In this document: one piece after another, positions 58,630 through 64,000 of the stretch
Layout of the letters: every line of letters begins with the position of its first letter
How positions within the stretch are numbered: position 1 is the first letter of the stretch
NCBI GenBank assembly: GCA_035379625.1
Contig: DAOSVM010000006.1
Span: 11,485 to 75,484 of the forward strand
Length of the DNA stretch: 64,000 bases
Direction: 5' to 3'
From: Ignavibacteriales bacterium
Lineage (GTDB): Bacteria; Bacteroidota; Ignavibacteria; Ignavibacteriales; DAOSCP01
Translations under genes and position numbers: made by a program
The notes under the pieces: model-generated
What the model saw: the letters and a program-made list of their open reading frames with translations, nothing else
Told to the model about the DNA's origin: nothing
The model's database searches: none

Positions 58630-59035
58630 ATATTCAAATCTTTCCAAAATACGCGGCAGCTTACAATTGATGCGATTTTTTTTTATAATATAACTGCATT
58701 CCCAATTATATCGTAAAATCAATTATATTGTATTTACAAATATATTATTAAAAATTACTAATATATCGTATATACAATTATATTACAAATACAAATATAT
58801 TTTTAAAAAAAAGAATATATCGAAAATACAATTATATCGTAATTACGAAAATATTTTAATATTTTTAAAGTTTGGTATTACTTTGGAAAATTTTTAATCA
58901 ATAGTTATATTGGTAGATGTATAAATGTTGTATATGGTTGATATTATGTAAGATATGGTTTAATTAGTGAAATATATTTTGGGCGTTAGCCCGCCCGTGC
59001 GGCGCACGGGCTTTAAGCTTACACTGTCCGAGCTA
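58506..59035 (-). mobile_element. Non-coding TIR-bounded repeat element, copy 5 (B end first on the + strand), 530 bp
   Basis: TA|GCTCAGACAGTATAGGCATA ... TTAAGCTTACACTGTCCGAGC|TA. B hairpins are 58529-58559 (13-bp perfect stem) and gcgggccg-gaa-cggcccgc. A hairpin is cccgtgc-ggc-gcacggg near 58994-59010. The interior aligns well with the reverse complement of copy 1. Confidence 0.85.
58689..58849 (-). repeat. Tandem array of nine ~17-bp units (reverse-complement form TATATYGTAWWTACAAW), 3 x ~55 bp
   Basis: Units: tataactgcattcccaat / tatatcgtaaaatcaat / tatattgtatttacaaa / tatattattaaaaattactaa / tatatcgtatatacaat / tatattacaaatacaaa / tatatttttaaaaaaaagaa / tatatcgaaaatacaat / tatatcgtaattacgaa. 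Confidence 0.85.
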
Positions 59036-59043
59036 ATGAAGTA

Positions 59044-60240
59044 CTATAAAACTAACTTTGCTTTTTCTAAACCATTATTCAAATCTTCTAGTAAATCATT
59101 AATATCTTCAATCCCAACTGATATTCTAATTAAACCATCTGTTATTCCACTTTTTAGCCTTTGTTCTACAGGGACACTCGCATGCGTCATGCTGGCAGGG
59201 TGTTGAATTAAAGATTCGACGCCACCTAAACTAACAGCTAATTGAAATAAATTCAAATTATTCATAAGTTCAACACCTGTTCTAAGACCACCTTTAATTT
59301 CACATGAAATTACGGCGCCTGGACCTTTAGCTTGTTTATCGTGGATATTTTTATTAGGATGATTTGGTAAACCTGGAAAATAAACCTTTTCAATTAATGG
59401 ATGATTAGCTAAAAATTCTGCAACTTTTTGAGCATTAAAATTATGTTTTTCCATTCTGACAGATAATGTTTTAACACCACGATGGATTAGAAATGAATTG
59501 AACGGGTCAATAACTCCACCAGTTTGATTTAAAGTTTTACGCATTAAAGTGTACATATCTTGATCTTTAACAACTACAATTCCAGCAATAACATCAGCAT
59601 GGCCATTTATATATTTTGACATACTATGTAAAACAACATCTGCTCCTAATAATAATGGTTTTTGTAAAGCCGGACTCATAAAAGCATTATCAACTACAAG
59701 TAAAGCACCATATTGGTGAGCCAATTTTGCCAATTCTTCTATATCGCTAATATCTAAAGTTGGGTTCCCAGGAGTTTCTATATAGACTAATTTAGTATTC
59801 TTTCTTTTTAATGAATTTTCAACAATATTTAAATCGCTTGTATTAATGAAAGTAGATTCAATGTTAAATTTAGCAAAAATAGTATCAAGAAGAGTAATGG
59901 TAGGTCCATATAAACTATGCGAAGCAACGACATGATCACCAGTCTTTAATAATGAAGCAAAAACAGTATGAATAGCAGCCATACCACTAGCGCAACCAAG
60001 AGCTTTATAACCGCCTTCCAAAGATGCAATCGAATTTTCCATAGCTTCAATTGTTGGATTATTAAGCCTTGTGTAATTATAACCTTTAATCTTTCCAGCA
60101 AAAATATTTGCTCCTTGTTCAGCATTATCGAAACGAAAAGTAGATGTTTGATAAATTGGTGGGACTACCGGGCCAAATTCGTAATCTTCTATCCCTGCGT
60201 GGATACATAGAGTATCAAAATTTTTGAAATTGTTTGACAT
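59044..60240 (-). CDS. Cys/Met-metabolism PLP-dependent enzyme (methionine gamma-lyase / cystathionine gamma-synthase family)
   Basis: 398 aa with ..YTRLNNPT.. and ..HSMSKYINGHADVIAG.. (PLP-lysine motif). Confidence 0.85.
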   Translation of the reverse strand: MSNNFKNFDTLCIHAGIEDYEFGPVVPPIYQTSTFRFDNAEQGANIFAGKIKGYNYTRLNNPTIEAMENSIASLEGGYKALGCASGMAAIHTVFASLLKTGDHVVASHSLYGPTITLLDTIFAKFNIESTFINTSDLNIVENSLKRKNTKLVYIETPGNPTLDISDIEELAKLAHQYGALLVVDNAFMSPALQKPLLLGADVVLHSMSKYINGHADVIAGIVVVKDQDMYTLMRKTLNQTGGVIDPFNSFLIHRGVKTLSVRMEKHNFNAQKVAEFLANHPLIEKVYFPGLPNHPNKNIHDKQAKGPGAVISCEIKGGLRTGVELMNNLNLFQLAVSLGGVESLIQHPASMTHASVPVEQRLKSGITDGLIRISVGIEDINDLLEDLNNGLEKAKLVL

Positions 60241-60389
60241 TAAAAAACTCCTAATATTTTTTTTATTTGAAATTAATATAAATATATTTTAATTTTCTTT
60301 AAATTTATTTTTGAAATAAATTTATATTGCATAATTAAACAATTATTTTTATCTTTTTTATATTTCAATAATAACTTATTGAGTGGGTT

Positions 60390-63300
60390 ATGGGGACATC
60401 TGGTAAAAAATTAAATAAAATTTATCTAATATTTGCTCTTACAACGTTTATAATTGTTAGTATGCATATATATTTTATTAGGCTAAGGCAAAACGAAGAG
60501 GTTAAAACACTTATTAATGAAAAAAACAAAGAATTAGAATTAAAATTAAATAATTATTTAAACAATATAAATAAGTTTTCCATAAAATTTACTAATACCG
60601 ATTATGTTAGAAATATAGTTTTTAAAAATAAAGAAGATAAGATAATTGATGTTGCAACAACAGTTGATGGAATATTTATTATTAACGCTAAAAATAAATT
60701 GTTATTAAGTTATTTAGGTAAAGAAATTAAAAATACTCCTACTAACGAAAATAAAATTTTAAAACAAATAACCGAAATTCAAAATTCTTTACAAATAAAA
60801 GATAATAAGAATTTTTACAGTTTTTTTTATGAACTTAACGGCAAACCAATATATTATACATTTAATAGACTAAATGATGAGAATAATAAATTAAGTGCTT
60901 TTGTTATTACCGCTAAAATAATTGATGATTTTAATAAAATAATTGACCTTGATACTTTTAGCTATTATAAAACTTCAAAAAATCTTTATGAACAATTAAG
61001 TCAAGATAATGAAATTATTGGGAATAAATATACTCTCTACTATCCTTTCTATTCTTATGGAAGGAATGATTCGTTAATTTTTGTTAAAGCAGTTTTTGAG
61101 TATAATAATAAAGATTACAACCCATATAAAAATTATATTGTTATTTTAGCAAATATTATAATTTTAGTAATATTACTTTATTTGATTTATACAATAATAC
61201 ATCGCACTTTTAATAAAGATATAAAAAAATTATCGGATAAAATTGAAAAATTTAACAGCGATCATATTTATGATCCTTTTGAATTAGAAAATGATAATTT
61301 ATTAAAAAAATTATCTGAAGTTGTTAATATTTTAATGCGAAATTACAATACTATAAATTTGGAGTGTAGAGAAAATAAATCAATTCTAGAAGCTATAAAA
61401 ATTCAAAAATATATAGGGTTTGCTATTTTTGATAAAGAAACTGGTAAAATTATAGACTACAACGAAGCATTCCCATCAATATTAAAGTTACATAGTAATA
61501 TTATAGAAATAAAAACCATTTATGATATTTTACAGATCAATGAACCATCATCTAGTTTTTTAGTTAATTTATTTATTGGACAAAAGGAGATAAAAACTGA
61601 TAATGACAATAAAATAAATGTTCTATCTTTTGCTAAAGAAATTGAAAATAGCAATTTATGTGTTATTTCAATTATTGATAATACAGAAAACATAAAAACA
61701 CAATATGAATTGGAAAATTTGAGAAATGATTATAATAGATTTTTAGCAATAACTCATGTTTTACTTAAAACAAATAATATTTTTGAACTTCAAGCAGCAA
61801 TAAAAGATGAAATTGCTCAATATTTAAATTGTGATGGTATTGAGATATATCAAGTCATGGAAAGTCATAAATCTATTACTATATTAAATAATGCTATTAA
61901 TGGTGAGTTAAGCAATGATATCTCTTATAGTATACTCGAAATTTTCCAAGAACTTAATACAAATCACATCACTTTAATTAATGGGGAATATAATTCCTCC
62001 AAATTTTTGGGAACAAATTATAAATATACAGAACTGTTTGCTATTGTTGTTAATGATAAAGTTATGCTCCTTATAGGATTATTTAATCATGATTCAAATA
62101 TTGATAATGTAGAGTTGTTTAATGAAATAGTGAGTCTTATCGGTATTGTTATCGAAATAGCCGTTTATCATTATAAAAATCAAGGAGAGCTTAAAGAACA
62201 AAGTCTATTGAATTTGAAATTAGAAAAAGAAATTGATGTTAAAATAAAGGAATTAGAAAATGTTAACAAGCAGTTGCAAGAAGAAATAAATAATAGAAAA
62301 ACTTATGAAAAGCTCCAAGATGCTTTATTTAAAATTTCAGATAGTTTTACATATTCTAAAACAATAACAGAATTATTTCAAAATCTTCATCAGATTTTAT
62401 CAGATTTGATGTATGCAAAGAATTTTTATATAGCTTTTTATGATGAAAGTACAAACTTCTTATCTTATCCTTATTTTGTTGATGAATACGATGATCCACC
62501 TGCACCAGAACCATTAGGGAAAGGGTTAACGGCGTATACTTTAAGACAAAAAGAAATGGTACACGTTAATGAAAGTGAGATTTATACTTTAGCTGAAAAA
62601 AATGAAATAGAAATATTAGGGAGTGTATCTAAAGATTGGGTCGGTGTACCTCTAATTGTAGATGGTAAAGCCGAAGGGGCACTAGTTATTCAAATTTACA
62701 CTGATGATTACAAGTATACAAAAAATGATGAATATATTTTAAATTACATAGCGCAAAATATATCAAAGTCATTAAAAAGTTTATATGATGCGCAAAAGTT
62801 AAGAGATTCTGAATTATTATTTAGAACTATATGGGATAATTCTGCTGATGGAATGCGACTAACTGATGCAAGGGGATATATAGTAGATGTTAATGAAGCT
62901 TTTTGTAAAATAACAGGCATACCTAAAAATGAATTGTTAGGCAAATTATTTGAAGATATTTATGATAATGAAGACAATCGTCGTAATGAAAGCTTAAAAA
63001 GATATTGTGAGAGATTTGCAAAAAGAGAAATTAAAAACTTATTTGATGTTAAAGTAAAATTCAAATCTGGTAAAGAATTATTTCTTGAAATATCAAACTC
63101 TTTTATTACACATCCAAATGGAGAAACATTATTACTTTCAATTTTTAGAGATGTAACCGCAAAAGTTTTAAGTAATGAGCAAAATAAATTGTTATCCCAA
63201 ACATTGCAGAGTATTAGTGAAGCTGTTACTATTTGTGACGAAAACGATAATTTGATATTTGTTAATGAAGCTTTTGAAAAACTATATGGATATAGAAAAG

Positions 63301-64000
63301 ACGAGGTAGTAGGCAAAAATATTTCAATTTTGAGACCTAATGATTTGAAGGAATTCAAAGAAGTAAAAATTCAAACTGAGCATGGAAGTTGGCGTGGAGT
63401 TCTTTATAACGTTAAAAAAGATGGGACTGTTTTTCCAATAAGATTATCAACTTCGACGGTAAAAGATCAGACTGGTAAAATAATTGCATTAATAGGTATT
63501 GCAGAAGATATTACCGAAGAAATTAAATTACAAGAAAGAGAAAGAGAATTACAACATAAAAAAGAAAAGTTGCAGCATTGTATTAGTGATATAACGAAAC
63601 TAGACTTTACAAACTATCAAAAATCTGTTGAAAAAATACTTATTCTTTCAAGTGGAACTTTGGGAGTTGATAGAGCTAAAATTTGGCTTTTAGAAGATGA
63701 TTTGCAAGGAGTTTGTAACTTTGATTGGGATAATATTTCAAAGAAATTTTTATCCCCTGATACTATAAATTTCAATCATTTTAAAGATTTTTTGAAATTT
63801 TTAAATGAAAAGCAATATGTAGATCATGATATTATTAAAAATGAGACTAAATTAAAAAATGTAAATTTACCTTACAAATACGAAAAATCATTTATTGATA
63901 TCCCGATTTTTAGCGCAAATAAAATTATTGCAATTTTAAGATTTATAAATTACTCAGAAAAGGATTTTATTCCTGATGAATATGAATTTGCTCAAAATGT
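60390..64000 (+). CDS. Large multi-sensor signalling protein (TM - periplasmic-like domain - TM - GAF/PAS/PAS/GAF ...), partial; continues past the right window edge
   Basis: Absent from the track because there is no stop in the window. Hand translation from ATG 60390 is open to 64000: MGTSGKKLNKIYLIFALTTFIIVSMHIYF.., second TM ..IVILANIIILVILLYLIY... GAF-like ..NFYIAFYDESTNFLSYPYFVDEYD..GKGLTAYTLR..WVGVPL... PAS ..FRTIWDNSADGMRLTD.. and ..LQSISEAVTICDENDNLIFVNEAFEKLYGYRKDEVVGKN... No output domain is reached. Confidence 0.75.
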   Translation, partial: MGTSGKKLNKIYLIFALTTFIIVSMHIYFIRLRQNEEVKTLINEKNKELELKLNNYLNNINKFSIKFTNTDYVRNIVFKNKEDKIIDVATTVDGIFIINAKNKLLLSYLGKEIKNTPTNENKILKQITEIQNSLQIKDNKNFYSFFYELNGKPIYYTFNRLNDENNKLSAFVITAKIIDDFNKIIDLDTFSYYKTSKNLYEQLSQDNEIIGNKYTLYYPFYSYGRNDSLIFVKAVFEYNNKDYNPYKNYIVILANIIILVILLYLIYTIIHRTFNKDIKKLSDKIEKFNSDHIYDPFELENDNLLKKLSEVVNILMRNYNTINLECRENKSILEAIKIQKYIGFAIFDKETGKIIDYNEAFPSILKLHSNIIEIKTIYDILQINEPSSSFLVNLFIGQKEIKTDNDNKINVLSFAKEIENSNLCVISIIDNTENIKTQYELENLRNDYNRFLAITHVLLKTNNIFELQAAIKDEIAQYLNCDGIEIYQVMESHKSITILNNAINGELSNDISYSILEIFQELNTNHITLINGEYNSSKFLGTNYKYTELFAIVVNDKVMLLIGLFNHDSNIDNVELFNEIVSLIGIVIEIAVYHYKNQGELKEQSLLNLKLEKEIDVKIKELENVNKQLQEEINNRKTYEKLQDALFKISDSFTYSKTITELFQNLHQILSDLMYAKNFYIAFYDESTNFLSYPYFVDEYDDPPAPEPLGKGLTAYTLRQKEMVHVNESEIYTLAEKNEIEILGSVSKDWVGVPLIVDGKAEGALVIQIYTDDYKYTKNDEYILNYIAQNISKSLKSLYDAQKLRDSELLFRTIWDNSADGMRLTDARGYIVDVNEAFCKITGIPKNELLGKLFEDIYDNEDNRRNESLKRYCERFAKREIKNLFDVKVKFKSGKELFLEISNSFITHPNGETLLLSIFRDVTAKVLSNEQNKLLSQTLQSISEAVTICDENDNLIFVNEAFEKLYGYRKDEVVGKNISILRPNDLKEFKEVKIQTEHGSWRGVLYNVKKDGTVFPIRLSTSTVKDQTGKIIALIGIAEDITEEIKLQERERELQHKKEKLQHCISDITKLDFTNYQKSVEKILILSSGTLGVDRAKIWLLEDDLQGVCNFDWDNISKKFLSPDTINFNHFKDFLKFLNEKQYVDHDIIKNETKLKNVNLPYKYEKSFIDIPIFSANKIIAILRFINYSEKDFIPDEYEFAQN

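Noticed and set aside
58967-59206. Track ORF (+, 79 aa) at the right end of element copy 5
   Set aside because: It starts inside the element A end and runs antisense to the well-supported PLP-enzyme gene. There is no RBS and it is not conserved in other copies.
1-64000. tRNA, rRNA, transposase/integrase, phage or defence-system genes
   Set aside because: I scanned the intergenic regions and the ORF list. No cloverleaf-like GC-rich segment, rRNA signature or recombinase/nuclease/RT-type protein was recognised. The only GC-rich intergenic islands are the SRP RNA and the element ends.

Overview
This is an AT-rich (roughly 30% GC by eye) chromosomal segment. It appears to come from an FCB-group bacterium, possibly Ignavibacteria-like. 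That is inferred from T9SS C-terminal sorting domains (..NYPNPFNP(T/S)T..), many TonB-dependent/beta-barrel outer-membrane proteins, and a Bacteroidetes-type TTTG/TAnnTTTG promoter in front of the SRP RNA.

Most of the window is ordinary housekeeping:
- thrA-thrB
- a yceD-rpmF-plsX-fabH-fabD-fabG-acpP-fabF-rnc block
- cydAB, nadB, tsaD, hutI, a polyprenyl synthase and a NifU-like protein
- a glycosyltransferase trio
- a ~9 kb outer-membrane/T9SS-linked cluster
- a large GAF/PAS sensor running off the right edge

The standout is a family of non-coding 0.49-0.59 kb elements that I cannot assign to a named family from memory. There are four full copies (5432-6021, 37503-37992, 54943-55507, 58506-59035) and one truncated copy (25056-25116). 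Each full copy has:
- TA flanks and 20-bp terminal inverted repeats
- GC-rich subterminal hairpins whose stems are kept by compensatory substitutions between copies
- an AT-rich core carrying about nine tandem 17-bp units in a 55-bp higher-order repeat

The same 17-bp motif, including a perfect 16-bp palindrome, occurs alone upstream of thrA. A solo TIR-like remnant lies inside the PolX-like ORF.

Secondary oddities:
- two in-frame TAA codons (a TonB-dependent-receptor-like gene and the signal peptide of a T9SS cargo)
- a +1 frameshift in cydA at a T5 run
- an ORF that reads through its own terminator into an element copy

No CRISPR array, rRNA, tRNA or transposase gene was seen. All family assignments are from motif recognition by eye; nothing was searched.
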